DNA from: a virus | Length of the DNA stretch: 43,354 bases | IMG/VR virus record: IMGVR_UViG_3300045988_068374 | Strand: one strand, 5' to 3' | Part shown: positions 7,272-16,030 of the stretch, piece by piece | How positions within the stretch are numbered: the first letter of the stretch is position 1 | Layout: each line of letters opens with the position of its first letter | Notes under the pieces: model-generated | Database searches by the model: none | Told to the model about the DNA's origin: nothing | The model's input: the letters and a program-made list of their open reading frames with translations, nothing else | Position numbers and translations under genes: made by a program

Positions 7272-8729
7272 ATGCCGGAATACTATATTGATTATTTAAG
7301 CCCTACGCAGAGCGAGTTTTTATCCGCTGCTGCAAAGTATGTTTTCTTCGGCGGTGCGCGAGGCGGCGGCAAAAGCTTTGTTGTGCGTGTGGCCGCTGTG
7401 CTGTACTGCTTCAAATACCCCGGCATAACGTGCATGATAGTACGTAAAACGTACCCCGAATTGCAAGAAAACCACATTGTGCCGCTTACAAGGGATTTGC
7501 ACTGCTACGCGCCCGAAAAGGCGCAGAGGCTTGCGCAATACAACGATCAGAAGAAAGTTATTACTTTCCCGAACGGCAGCCGCATTTTATTCCGATACTG
7601 CGATACGGATAAGGACGCGGAACGCTTTCAGGGCACTGAAACGGATATTTTATTTATTGATGAGGGCACACACCAAACAGAGGAACGTTTTCGTAAGCTT
7701 ACGGCCTGTGTGCGCGGCGCGAACGACTTTCCGCACCGCATTTATGTTACCTGTAACCCCGGCGGCGTAGGGCATGCGTGGGTAAAGCGGCTGGCGATAG
7801 ATCGCGTTTACAAGGATGGGGAAAGCCCCGGCGATTACACTTTTATTCAAAGCAAGGTAACGGATAACAAGCCGCTGATGGATGCAGACCCCGATTACAT
7901 ACGCAAGCTTGAAGCACTGCCGCCTAAGCTGCGCAAGGCGTGGCTCGAAGGCGAGTGGGATATATTCGACGGTGCGTTCTTCGAGGATTTCCGTGCAGCG
8001 CCCGACAGATTACTGTGCGAAGAGGCCGGAATAACGCCCGAAGAGGCAATAGAGCAGCGCAGATACACGCATGTTATCCCGGCATTCGATTTAAACTCCG
8101 GGCAGGCTCGCGGCTGGACGATATACAGATCATATGACTTTGGCTACAACAAGCCGTTTAGCTGCGCGTGGTGGGCTATCGACTACGACGGTGTGCTTTA
8201 TCGCATATTGGAGTTGTACGGCTGCACGGATACGCCGAACGAGGGCGTTAAGTGGACGCCGGACGAGCAGTTTAAGCGCATTAAGGAAGCAGAAGATACA
8301 CACCCGTGGCTAAAGGGCAGAAAGATATTGGGCGTGGCAGACCCGTCGATATGGGATGTATCACGCGGCGTATCGGTTGCGGAAACCGCCGAGAAATACG
8401 GCGTATACTTCGATCCCGGAGACAACAAGCGGCTTGCAGGCTGGATGCAGTGCCATTACAGGCTGCAATTTGATACAAACGGCTTTCCGCGCATGTATGT
8501 ATTTGATAACTGCAAGGGCTTTATACGCACGATACCGCTTTTGATGTACGACGAGCACAAGCCGGAGGACTTGGATACATCACTTGAGGATCATATCGCC
8601 GATGAGTGGCGCTATATGTGCATGGCACGGCCTGTAAAGCCGATAATACCCGAAAAACCGCGCGAGATCATTTCCGATCCGCTCAATCAATTTAAAAAGG
8701 ATGGATACAAAGCAAATGGATATCACTAA
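7272..8729 (+). CDS. terL: terminase large subunit
   Basis: Walker A-like motif FFGGARGGGKSF, Walker B-like motif ILFIDEGTH, C-terminal nuclease region. 485 aa, positioned before the portal. Confidence 0.9.
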   Translation: MPEYYIDYLSPTQSEFLSAAAKYVFFGGARGGGKSFVVRVAAVLYCFKYPGITCMIVRKTYPELQENHIVPLTRDLHCYAPEKAQRLAQYNDQKKVITFPNGSRILFRYCDTDKDAERFQGTETDILFIDEGTHQTEERFRKLTACVRGANDFPHRIYVTCNPGGVGHAWVKRLAIDRVYKDGESPGDYTFIQSKVTDNKPLMDADPDYIRKLEALPPKLRKAWLEGEWDIFDGAFFEDFRAAPDRLLCEEAGITPEEAIEQRRYTHVIPAFDLNSGQARGWTIYRSYDFGYNKPFSCAWWAIDYDGVLYRILELYGCTDTPNEGVKWTPDEQFKRIKEAEDTHPWLKGRKILGVADPSIWDVSRGVSVAETAEKYGVYFDPGDNKRLAGWMQCHYRLQFDTNGFPRMYVFDNCKGFIRTIPLLMYDEHKPEDLDTSLEDHIADEWRYMCMARPVKPIIPEKPREIISDPLNQFKKDGYKANGYH

Positions 8730-10641
8730 TCAGTATGATCCGCTCCGCGCGGAGGTGACGAATGCTCCCGAACAGGCAAACGCCGAGACAGCGGCGCAGG
8801 TGATGGGCGTTAAAGCGATAGGCGAGCAGCAGATAAATGAGCTTATGCAGGTGCTTACAAAGTACCGCGCGGGCAAAAACTCCGTTGATAGCCGCATTAT
8901 AGCCGCCGAAAACTGGTGGAAGCTGCGCAACGATGTTGAGGAGGATAAGGCCGGGCACGCAAAGCCCGGTTTCCGTTCAAAAAGCGGCTGGCTGCACAAT
9001 GTGATCAACAACAAACATGCTGACGCTATGGATGCATACCCCGAGCCTAACATACTGCCGCGTGAGCAGGGCGATAAGCTTGAGGCGGCTATGCTTTCAA
9101 AGATAATCCCCGTAGTGCTGGAAAAGAACCAGTTTGAAACTACGTACAGTAAAGTAATGTGGTCAAAATTGAAAACCGGCACGGGCGTTTACAAGGTGAT
9201 TTGGGATAAGAACAAGATGAACGGCTTAGGCGATATCAGCGTTGAGAAGTGCAACATACTCAATCTGTTCTGGGAGCCGGGCGTTGAGGATATCCAGCAG
9301 TCGAAATACTTCTTCGAGGTGGATTTTCAGGATGAGGACGATGTGCGCGAGATGTTTCCGCTTGAGCTGCCGGAGGGGAAGCAGATACCGCACGACTTTA
9401 TAACAAGCAAATTCCGCTACGACGATCATGTAGATACAACGAGCAAAGTGCCTGTTATCAGCGCGTACTACCACAAAAACGGTGTGCTGCACTACATTCT
9501 GTTTGTGCCCGGCACTGTGCTGTACGCGACGGAGAACGACCCCGAAAGGCTGCTGACGGGCTGGTACGATCACGGCAAGTACCCGTATGTGTTCGATGCG
9601 CTGTTCCCCATTGAGGGCAGCCCCTGCGGCTATGGCTATGTAGATTTGTGCAAAGCGCCACAGACGGAAATCGACCTTTTGAAAACTGCGTATGTTGAAA
9701 ATGCCATGGTAGGCGCAAAGCCGAGATACTTCAAGAAAGCAAACTGCGGCGTGAACATAGAGCAGTTTACTAATCTTAATGAATCCATTGTAAACGTAGA
9801 GGGCAGCCTTTCCGAGGATAACCTTGCACCGATAACGCACGATAATCTCGACGGCAACTATATTGAGATGCTGCAGCTCAGTATAAACGAGCTGCGCGAG
9901 ACTTCCGGCAACACGGAAACGGCGACGGGCACAACATCAAGCGGCGTTACCGCTGCATCGGCGATAGCGGCCTTGCAAGAGGCAAGCGGCAAGGGCAGCA
10001 GAGACAGCACCAAAGGCAGCTACAGGGCGTACAGCGAGGTAAACTACCTTGCAATAGAGCTGATACGCCAGTTTTACGATGCGCCGCGACAGTTCCGCAT
10101 TCTCGGCGACGGCGGGCAGGAGATGTTTTTAAGCTACTCCAACGAGGGCTTACAGCCTCAGCCGCAGACATTCAGCGGTTATGATATCGGCAGCCGCATC
10201 CCGGAGTTTGATATACGCATTGTGCCGCAGAAGCGCACGGCGTACACAAAGATGTCAAACAATGAATTGGCCTTGCAGTTTTACGGCCTGGGCTTTTTCA
10301 ATCCGCAGCAGACCGATCAGGCGCTTGCATGCCTTACGATGATGGATTTTGATAGCATAGACGATGTGCGAAAGACCATTAAGCAGAACGGAACACTATT
10401 TGAGCGCTTCAATACCCTGCTGCAGGTATCGGCAATGCTGGCAGCAAAGTGCGGCGACGCGAGATCGCTTGCGCAGATACAGATGCTCGCACAGCAATCC
10501 AACGCGCAGATGCCGACGGCACAGGTAGCGGCGGGTATGCCTCCGGAAGAACCGGCAAACGACAGGGAGCATGCACAGGTAAGCAATGCGCGGGCACAGA
10601 CGAGAGAGGCGGCAATGCCCGACGGAGGTACAGCATCATGA
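8701..10641 (+). CDS. portal protein
   Basis: 646 aa, immediately after TerL and before the protease, scaffold and capsid genes. Called by size and position. Confidence 0.75.
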   Translation: MDTKQMDITNQYDPLRAEVTNAPEQANAETAAQVMGVKAIGEQQINELMQVLTKYRAGKNSVDSRIIAAENWWKLRNDVEEDKAGHAKPGFRSKSGWLHNVINNKHADAMDAYPEPNILPREQGDKLEAAMLSKIIPVVLEKNQFETTYSKVMWSKLKTGTGVYKVIWDKNKMNGLGDISVEKCNILNLFWEPGVEDIQQSKYFFEVDFQDEDDVREMFPLELPEGKQIPHDFITSKFRYDDHVDTTSKVPVISAYYHKNGVLHYILFVPGTVLYATENDPERLLTGWYDHGKYPYVFDALFPIEGSPCGYGYVDLCKAPQTEIDLLKTAYVENAMVGAKPRYFKKANCGVNIEQFTNLNESIVNVEGSLSEDNLAPITHDNLDGNYIEMLQLSINELRETSGNTETATGTTSSGVTAASAIAALQEASGKGSRDSTKGSYRAYSEVNYLAIELIRQFYDAPRQFRILGDGGQEMFLSYSNEGLQPQPQTFSGYDIGSRIPEFDIRIVPQKRTAYTKMSNNELALQFYGLGFFNPQQTDQALACLTMMDFDSIDDVRKTIKQNGTLFERFNTLLQVSAMLAAKCGDARSLAQIQMLAQQSNAQMPTAQVAAGMPPEEPANDREHAQVSNARAQTREAAMPDGGTAS

Positions 10642-10946
10642 TAAATATATCTGTAAAGAGCCGCGAGGATATGATAGAGATATGCGCTCAAGGCCACGCA
10701 AACGCCGCTCCGAAGGGCGAGGACGTTGTGTGTGCGGCGGCGACGATACTTATAAGGACGCTTGCAAAAACGCTTGAGGCAGCAGTGCCCGATATGGTAA
10801 AGGCCGATGTGGGCGATGGCAAGGCGAGCATATCCGTAACAGGCTATGATCCCGTGGCGGCTGTCGCTATCGAGACTGTATGCACGGGTTTCAGGCTATT
10901 GCAGGAGCAATATCCCGAACATATAAAAATTTTTGCAGAAAAATAA
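10638..10946 (+). CDS. prp: Prp-like cysteine protease (ribosomal-processing protease / DUF464 family), phage-encoded
   Basis: ATGA overlap with the portal stop. AQGHANAAPKGEDVVCAAATILIRT carries the GHA....G.D.VCAA signature of Prp/YsxB. Internal start of track ORF 10449..10946. Confidence 0.75.
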   Translation: MINISVKSREDMIEICAQGHANAAPKGEDVVCAAATILIRTLAKTLEAAVPDMVKADVGDGKASISVTGYDPVAAVAIETVCTGFRLLQEQYPEHIKIFAEK

Positions 10947-10959
10947 AAAAAGTGGCTAA

Positions 10960-10990
10960 GGGTGGAGTGACATGCTCCACCCCTTTTTTA
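10960..10990 (+). terminator. rho-independent terminator (copy 1 of a repeated cassette)
   Basis: GGGTGGAG-tgacatg-CTCCACCC followed by CTTTTTTA. Confidence 0.8.
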
Positions 10991-11037
10991 TTATGCTTAA
11001 AGCGTGGACGCGGAACATAAGTTCACCTCCTTTAAGA

Positions 11038-11072
11038 GCCGCCCCGGCAGACGGCGGCATGAGTAGTCTGCC
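11038..11072 (+). ncRNA. candidate H-type pseudoknot in a non-coding leader
   Basis: S1 pairs GCCGCC (11038-43) with GGCGGC (11053-58). S2 pairs GGCAGAC (11046-52) with GTCTGCC (11066-72). The strands interleave with loops of 2, 0 and 7 nt. Confidence 0.3.
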
Positions 11073-11127
11073 AAACCTTTTTCTCCCGGACGGGGTGTCT
11101 CCCCCTTCGCCCCGTCCACTTTTATAT

Positions 11128-11194
11128 ACCGCTTTAGTTTAACGGTAAAACGCTCGGAGAGATAGAGATGCAGGTTCGAGCCCTGCAGGCGGTA
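11128..11194 (+). ncRNA. tRNA-like element: canonical acceptor, D and T arms, but no canonical anticodon arm
   Basis: Acceptor ACCGCTT/AGGCGGT (7 bp). U8, D stem GTTT/AAAC, loop AACGGTA with GG. T arm GCAGG-TTCGAGC-CCTGC. Only 18 nt (GCTCGGAGAGATAGAGAT) lie between the D and T arms and cannot form a 5-bp stem. No encoded CCA. Confidence 0.45.
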
Positions 11195-11239
11195 CGACGG
11201 GCTCGCCCACCTACGGGCAAATAAATAGGAGGCATGTAA

Positions 11240-12259
11240 ATGCACAACAAATTCAAATGGCTGCAGCTTTTCGCGGACGGTACCGGCGAGGGCGGAGCGG
11301 CCGGATCGGGCGTTACTTCACCTGCCGACGCCGGGCAGGACACGGGCGTAAATGCGTCTGCCGTCGCCGGACAGACAGTTGAGCCGACTCAGGCGGACAG
11401 GCTCAGAGAGCTTGGAGTGCCGGAGGCAAAGCTTAAACGGGCGAAATACAGTCAGAAAGCTGCGCCGCAGAAGCAGCAGGAGACTACAGCGCAGGCCGCC
11501 GCTGCGGAAACACAGGAAGTCGCAGAGGAAACCAAGGACACCGCAAAGAGGCTCAGTTGGGATGAGATCATGGCAGACCCCGAATACAACGGGGAGATGC
11601 AGAAGGTAGTCAAGGCCGCAAAGGAAAAGCTCAAAACGTCGGCTGAGGGGCTTGAAAAGCTCACTCCGGCCATTCAGCTTATTGCGAAGAAATACGGAGT
11701 TGATGCCGGAGACTACGAGGCCATATCTAAGGCCGTTGTAGACGACGACGCATACTACGAGGAACGCGCAATGGAGCTGGGCGTTACCACCGATGTCGCA
11801 AAGCAGCTTGATAAATCGGAGAAAATGATGCGAGCCGCCGAGGAGCAGCAGCAGAAGTTTATCAACGAGCAAAAGCTCATGGAGCATATCGGAAAGCTTA
11901 ACCGGCAGGCTATCGAATTGCAGCAGAAATACCCTGATTTCAACCTCGGCAAGGAGCTTAACAATCCTACTTTCGCACGGCTTACCGCGCCTGATCTTAA
12001 TCTCCCGCTTGAGGACGCTTACGAGCTTGTCCACCGAGAGGAAATCAAGGAAAACATAAGGCAGGCAGCGCTAAAAGCGTCGATACAGCAGGTTTCAAAT
12101 GCGGTGCAGTCCAACAAAAACCGCCCTAATGATGGCGTAAGCAAGTCCTCTAACGCTTCCGTTCAGACGTTTAATTACCAAAACGCCACGAAAGCACAGC
12201 GAGAGGCACTGAAAGCCCGTATAAGATCGGGTGAAAAGATATTCCCCGGCCAGCTTTAA
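11240..12259 (+). CDS. scaffolding protein with Prp-type N-terminal leader
   Basis: AGGAGG lies 7 nt upstream. Acidic, Ala/Gln/Lys-rich coiled-coil composition. Positioned before the capsid gene. N-terminus is MHNKFKWLQLFA/DG. Confidence 0.75.
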   Translation: MHNKFKWLQLFADGTGEGGAAGSGVTSPADAGQDTGVNASAVAGQTVEPTQADRLRELGVPEAKLKRAKYSQKAAPQKQQETTAQAAAAETQEVAEETKDTAKRLSWDEIMADPEYNGEMQKVVKAAKEKLKTSAEGLEKLTPAIQLIAKKYGVDAGDYEAISKAVVDDDAYYEERAMELGVTTDVAKQLDKSEKMMRAAEEQQQKFINEQKLMEHIGKLNRQAIELQQKYPDFNLGKELNNPTFARLTAPDLNLPLEDAYELVHREEIKENIRQAALKASIQQVSNAVQSNKNRPNDGVSKSSNASVQTFNYQNATKAQREALKARIRSGEKIFPGQL

Positions 12260-12305
12260 GCGCTCCGTCGTTTCTTCGTGGCACAGCTATGAAAGGAAAC
12301 GATAA

Positions 12306-13460
12306 ATGATCGATTTTAATTGGCTGCAGCTTTTTGCAGATGCAGGCACTGTTGTTAACACCCTTGTAAACAACGGCACTTCCAACTACACCAACGCATA
12401 CACCGGCGACGCTGTTGCCGCAAGCCCCAGCACCAACACTCTGGCACCGGAGCTCAAGACCTTTTACGACACTGAGCTGCTGGAAAATGCGCGTACCGAG
12501 ATGTTCTATGCGCAGTTTGGCCGCAAGCAGCGCCTGCCGAAAAACGGCGGCACGACTATTGAGTGGAGAAAGTTCAACACTTTTGATCGCGCAAGCGAGC
12601 TCAAGGAGGGCGTGATCCCCACCGGCCAGCAGTTCGGCTCTTCGAGCCTTACCGCATCCATCTCGCAGTACGGCACTTACACCTCCATCACCGATAAACT
12701 TGAAATGCGAGCCTATGATAACGTCATTCTCGCGGCGACCGAGGAAATGGGCGCGTCCGCTGCGGCAACGCAGGAGACGCTTATCCGCGATGCGCTGCTT
12801 GTCGGCACTAACGTAATGTACTGCGATAACATCGACACCGACGGCAACAAGCTTTCTACGCCTACCACTCCGGCGACCATGGGCGCAGGCGGCAGCACTG
12901 CCGGTTCGGGCGGCGCTTCGACTCCTGACGGCTGGGCACTGCTTACCCCCACCATGGTAAACAAGGCAGTTACCAAGATGAAGAAGGATCGCGTACCTCG
13001 CATCAACGGCAAGTATTATGCGGTTATCCATCCCTCTGTTGCGTATGATCTGCGCCAGTCCAAGGAGTGGATAGAGGTACATAAGTATGCCGCTACCGGC
13101 GAGATATTCAACGGCGAGATCGGCGAGCTGCACGGCTGCCGCTTCATCGAGGATACCTTTGCTCCCATTCTCGGCGGCAGCTACATCTACTCCGGCAGCA
13201 CTACCTACAAGAACAAGTCCAACGGCGTTACCTATGCCACTTACTTCTTCGGCAAAGACGGCTTCGGTATCGTTGACCCCGAAGGCGGCGGACTTGAAAT
13301 GATCATCCACGATAAGGACGAGATCGGCGGTCCGCTCAATCAGTTCAGCACCATCGGCTATAAGTTTGAAACCAACGGTGCTACCATCCTGTACCCGGAG
13401 CGTGTGCTCCGCGTAATGTCCGTCAGCTCGTATTCCGCGACTGACGAGGAAAACAAGTAA
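12306..13460 (+). CDS. major capsid protein (HK97 fold; resembles the N4-gp56 capsid family from memory) with Prp-type leader
   Basis: N-terminus MIDFNWLQLFA/DAG. FYDTELLENAR..FAQFGRKQ.LPKNGG.TIEWRKF...L.EGV.P.G and QYG.Y.SITDKLE resemble the N4-gp56 family. Position after the scaffold gene. Confidence 0.85.
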   Translation: MIDFNWLQLFADAGTVVNTLVNNGTSNYTNAYTGDAVAASPSTNTLAPELKTFYDTELLENARTEMFYAQFGRKQRLPKNGGTTIEWRKFNTFDRASELKEGVIPTGQQFGSSSLTASISQYGTYTSITDKLEMRAYDNVILAATEEMGASAAATQETLIRDALLVGTNVMYCDNIDTDGNKLSTPTTPATMGAGGSTAGSGGASTPDGWALLTPTMVNKAVTKMKKDRVPRINGKYYAVIHPSVAYDLRQSKEWIEVHKYAATGEIFNGEIGELHGCRFIEDTFAPILGGSYIYSGSTTYKNKSNGVTYATYFFGKDGFGIVDPEGGGLEMIIHDKDEIGGPLNQFSTIGYKFETNGATILYPERVLRVMSVSSYSATDEENK

Positions 13461-13470
13461 TACGGCAAGG

Positions 13471-13490
13471 GGGAGGGGATATCCCCTCCC
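13471..13490. repeat. perfect 20-bp GC-rich palindrome just after the capsid gene (hairpin, no U-tract)
   Basis: GGGAGGGGATATCCCCTCCC. Confidence 0.85.
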
Positions 13491-13510
13491 TCCCGTGAAA
13501 GGAGGCAATT

Positions 13511-13744
13511 ATGGCAAACACCAAGAAAACGGAAGCGGAAGATAAGATCGAGGTATTTATACCTCGCGGCGACAGGAACAGCGATCCGAACAAGTATGTT
13601 TCGGTCAACGGCAAGAATTATCTGCTTCCCAAGGGAAAAACATCCCTTGTGCCCAAATGCGTAGCGGACGAGATCGAGAGATCCAACTACGCGCAGCGCA
13701 TGCTTGATGAGAGCATAGATGCGCTTAAATTCAATAATGCGTAA
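13511..13744 (+). CDS. small virion-module protein, function unknown
   Basis: GGAGG RBS. 77 aa, located between the capsid and head-completion genes. Confidence 0.6.
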   Translation: MANTKKTEAEDKIEVFIPRGDRNSDPNKYVSVNGKNYLLPKGKTSLVPKCVADEIERSNYAQRMLDESIDALKFNNA

Positions 13745-13774
13745 CGGCGGACACGCCATTAACACAAAAACAGC

Positions 13775-13803
13775 ACAGCCGCCTGCAATGGCGGCTGTTT
13801 TAA
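13775..13803 (+). terminator. rho-independent terminator
   Basis: ACAGCCGCC-tgcaat-GGCGGCTGT followed by TTTTAAT. Confidence 0.7.
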
Positions 13804-13818
13804 TAGGAGAATTACGAC

Positions 13819-14193
13819 ATGACAATTGCCGAAGCTATAGATTTAACCGATAAGCTCACACCAAATGCATATGAGGAAACCGATAAAGTACGCTGGCTGC
13901 TTGAGATAGACAGCCTTATATACAACGACCTCATAGCGACGCATGAGGGCGCTGAAAGCGTCAGCAAGCCCGAATACACGGCAGACGATATTGCCGCTGT
14001 GCTGTTAGCTCCCGAACCGTATGCAGAGGATATATACGTTAACTTTCTGCAAGCCAAGATAGCGCAGCAGAACAGCGAGGACGCAAAGTACAACAAGGCG
14101 GTGCTGTTTTACAACGACGGCTATACACGCTTTGCAAAGGCGTACAACGCGACGCATAGGCCGCTGCCGCAGGGTACGTATTTTAAGTTTTAG
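13819..14193 (+). CDS. putative head-completion / adaptor protein (function inferred from position only)
   Basis: 124 aa with an AGGAGA RBS. First gene after the capsid block. Confidence 0.45.
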   Translation: MTIAEAIDLTDKLTPNAYEETDKVRWLLEIDSLIYNDLIATHEGAESVSKPEYTADDIAAVLLAPEPYAEDIYVNFLQAKIAQQNSEDAKYNKAVLFYNDGYTRFAKAYNATHRPLPQGTYFKF

Positions 14194-14203
14194 GAGGGTA
14201 AAA

Positions 14204-16030
14204 ATGCCTACATATACCACTATTCCCGAAAGCACGTTAACGGAACAGTTAACGGACACTTTCGGAGGCTATAACCACAACCTCAAAATAGGCGACGGAG
14301 AGTTTTACGATATGAAAAACCTCACGTCGGACTATTACCCGTTAATGGGCAACAGGGCAGCACGAAGTCTCATTCAGAGCGGCGTGTTTACGTACATAGG
14401 TGGAATGACTGTAGACAGCAATGGAGATTTGTATATTATCGGGAACAAGTCCGGCGGCCAATATAGCTTAGAAAGACTTTATAAAATATACAAAAGCTAT
14501 TCGGCAGGCGATCCGGATTACAGTAGCCTCGAAGACATGACGGCTATCACATATGATGATTATGCGGATCTGGGAAACCTCTTGTTCTCCGGCAAAGTGC
14601 AATTACTTTTTTTTAACGATGATTTAGTTATATTCCCAACAGGCATTAAAGTGAAAACAAAGAAAAATGCCGATGGCCGTTATTATTCACACAGCCTTTC
14701 AATGTCCAGCCAGGTTGTTATGACTTCTGCCTCATTGCCTTATGTAAAGATAAGCCCGTGCGATTCGGACGGCAAAATTATAACTTCCGGGACAAGTACA
14801 TATGTGCGTATAACCATTGCTACGAATGGCAATGACATTTATTCATCGTATACGTTTCCGGCCGGTGATGCAGTAAGAATATCAACAACTATAAATAACA
14901 AAAAAGACACGATCGGCATAGAAGGGACGCACATAATAGTTAAGTCGTGGGTTGAAGGAAATAACACTGAGCATGTTATAGCCGGTACGATAAGCGCAAC
15001 TCAAACCATTGATTCAAGTGGCAGCATATTTCATATGAGCAGGGATGTCCCCGACATGGATTTTGTCATACAAGCGCAAAATCGGTTATGGGGTTGTCAC
15101 TATAGGAAGTCTGATAGCGCAAACATGAAAGGAATAAACGAGATATATGCCTGCAAGCTAGGAGACGCGACCAACTGGAACGTGTTTCAGGGCATATCCA
15201 CAGACAGCTATAAAGCATCGTGCGGCACACCGGGCAAGTTTACAGGCGCGGCAAACGTTAACGGATATCCGATATTTTTCAAAGAAAACTGCTTCCACAA
15301 GGTCTTTGTATCGTCAACAGGAGCGCATCAGATACAGGATAAAGCGATAGACGGCGTGCAGGACGGCTGCAGCGGCTCAGTCGCAATGGTCGGGAATGTT
15401 TGCTATTACAAATCTCGTAACGGCGTTGTGGCATTTGACGGTTCTACAACATATTCAACAGGGGACAACCTTGGAGATGAGCGTTACACAGATGCTGCCG
15501 GCGGCAGTGCTAACGGCAAATACTATATCTCAATGAAGAGCTCAAGCGGACAGTGGACGATGTTTGCTTATGACGTTGCAAAGGGATTGTGGCACAAAGA
15601 GGATGAAAGCCACGCGATGCAATTTTGCTCAGTGAACGGAGACACTTTATACGTAACGCAGGAGAGCGCTGATAGCTATGAAATACATCTTATAAGCGAT
15701 TACAACAAAACGAGCGCACAAGAGAGCGTCCCGGAGTGGGAAGCTGTCACGGGTCTGCAAGGCTACAGTTATACAGGGCAAAAGTACATCAGCCGTTTCA
15801 ACATGCGTATGATGCTGCCGAAAGGTTCATATATGGACATCTATATTGAGTACGATTCGAGCGGAAAGTGGGAGCATCAAGGACACATCAAGGGAACCGG
15901 CACAACTTCTTTCATGATTCCCGTAAGACCGAGACGATGTGACCATTTTAGAATAAAGCTCACCGGCAGCGGCGAGGTCAGGCTTTACAGCATGAGCAAA
16001 TTGTTTGAGGGAGGTACAGACATTCGATGA
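14204..16030 (+). CDS. large tail/virion structural protein (beta-rich)
   Basis: Internal ATG with a GGAGGG RBS (the track start at 14132 is an Arg-rich extension overlapping the previous gene). 608 aa, Ser/Thr/Gly/Tyr-rich. Confidence 0.6.
   Translation: MPTYTTIPESTLTEQLTDTFGGYNHNLKIGDGEFYDMKNLTSDYYPLMGNRAARSLIQSGVFTYIGGMTVDSNGDLYIIGNKSGGQYSLERLYKIYKSYSAGDPDYSSLEDMTAITYDDYADLGNLLFSGKVQLLFFNDDLVIFPTGIKVKTKKNADGRYYSHSLSMSSQVVMTSASLPYVKISPCDSDGKIITSGTSTYVRITIATNGNDIYSSYTFPAGDAVRISTTINNKKDTIGIEGTHIIVKSWVEGNNTEHVIAGTISATQTIDSSGSIFHMSRDVPDMDFVIQAQNRLWGCHYRKSDSANMKGINEIYACKLGDATNWNVFQGISTDSYKASCGTPGKFTGAANVNGYPIFFKENCFHKVFVSSTGAHQIQDKAIDGVQDGCSGSVAMVGNVCYYKSRNGVVAFDGSTTYSTGDNLGDERYTDAAGGSANGKYYISMKSSSGQWTMFAYDVAKGLWHKEDESHAMQFCSVNGDTLYVTQESADSYEIHLISDYNKTSAQESVPEWEAVTGLQGYSYTGQKYISRFNMRMMLPKGSYMDIYIEYDSSGKWEHQGHIKGTGTTSFMIPVRPRRCDHFRIKLTGSGEVRLYSMSKLFEGGTDIR

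Noticed and set aside
10956-11018. 20-codon minus-strand micro-ORF (MFRVHALSIIKKGWSMSLHP) with a perfect AAAGGAGGTG RBS at 5-nt spacing
   Set aside because: It is very short, runs antisense through the terminator hairpin and has no homology argument. The strong SD may simply be the complement of an anti-SD-like motif on the plus-strand leader RNA. Ribosome profiling is worth a look, but the ORF is not reportable as a gene.
11128-11194. Calling the tRNA-like element a functional tRNA or suppressor tRNA
   Set aside because: The acceptor, D and T arms are fine. However, the 18 nt between the D and T arms cannot form a 5-bp anticodon stem with a 7-nt loop. No CTA, TCA or TTA anticodon lies in a loop context. 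It is kept only as a tRNA-like ncRNA candidate.
10997-11245. 82-aa minus-strand ORF spanning the prp-scaffold intergenic region
   Set aside because: It has no RBS or start context, an implausible composition, and it overlaps structured RNA elements on the plus strand.
12171-13508. 445-aa minus-strand ORF covering the whole capsid gene
   Set aside because: It is an antisense shadow of a strongly supported plus-strand capsid gene in GC-rich DNA. Its product is an Arg/Gly/Ala-rich nonsense-like sequence, with no RBS and no operon context.
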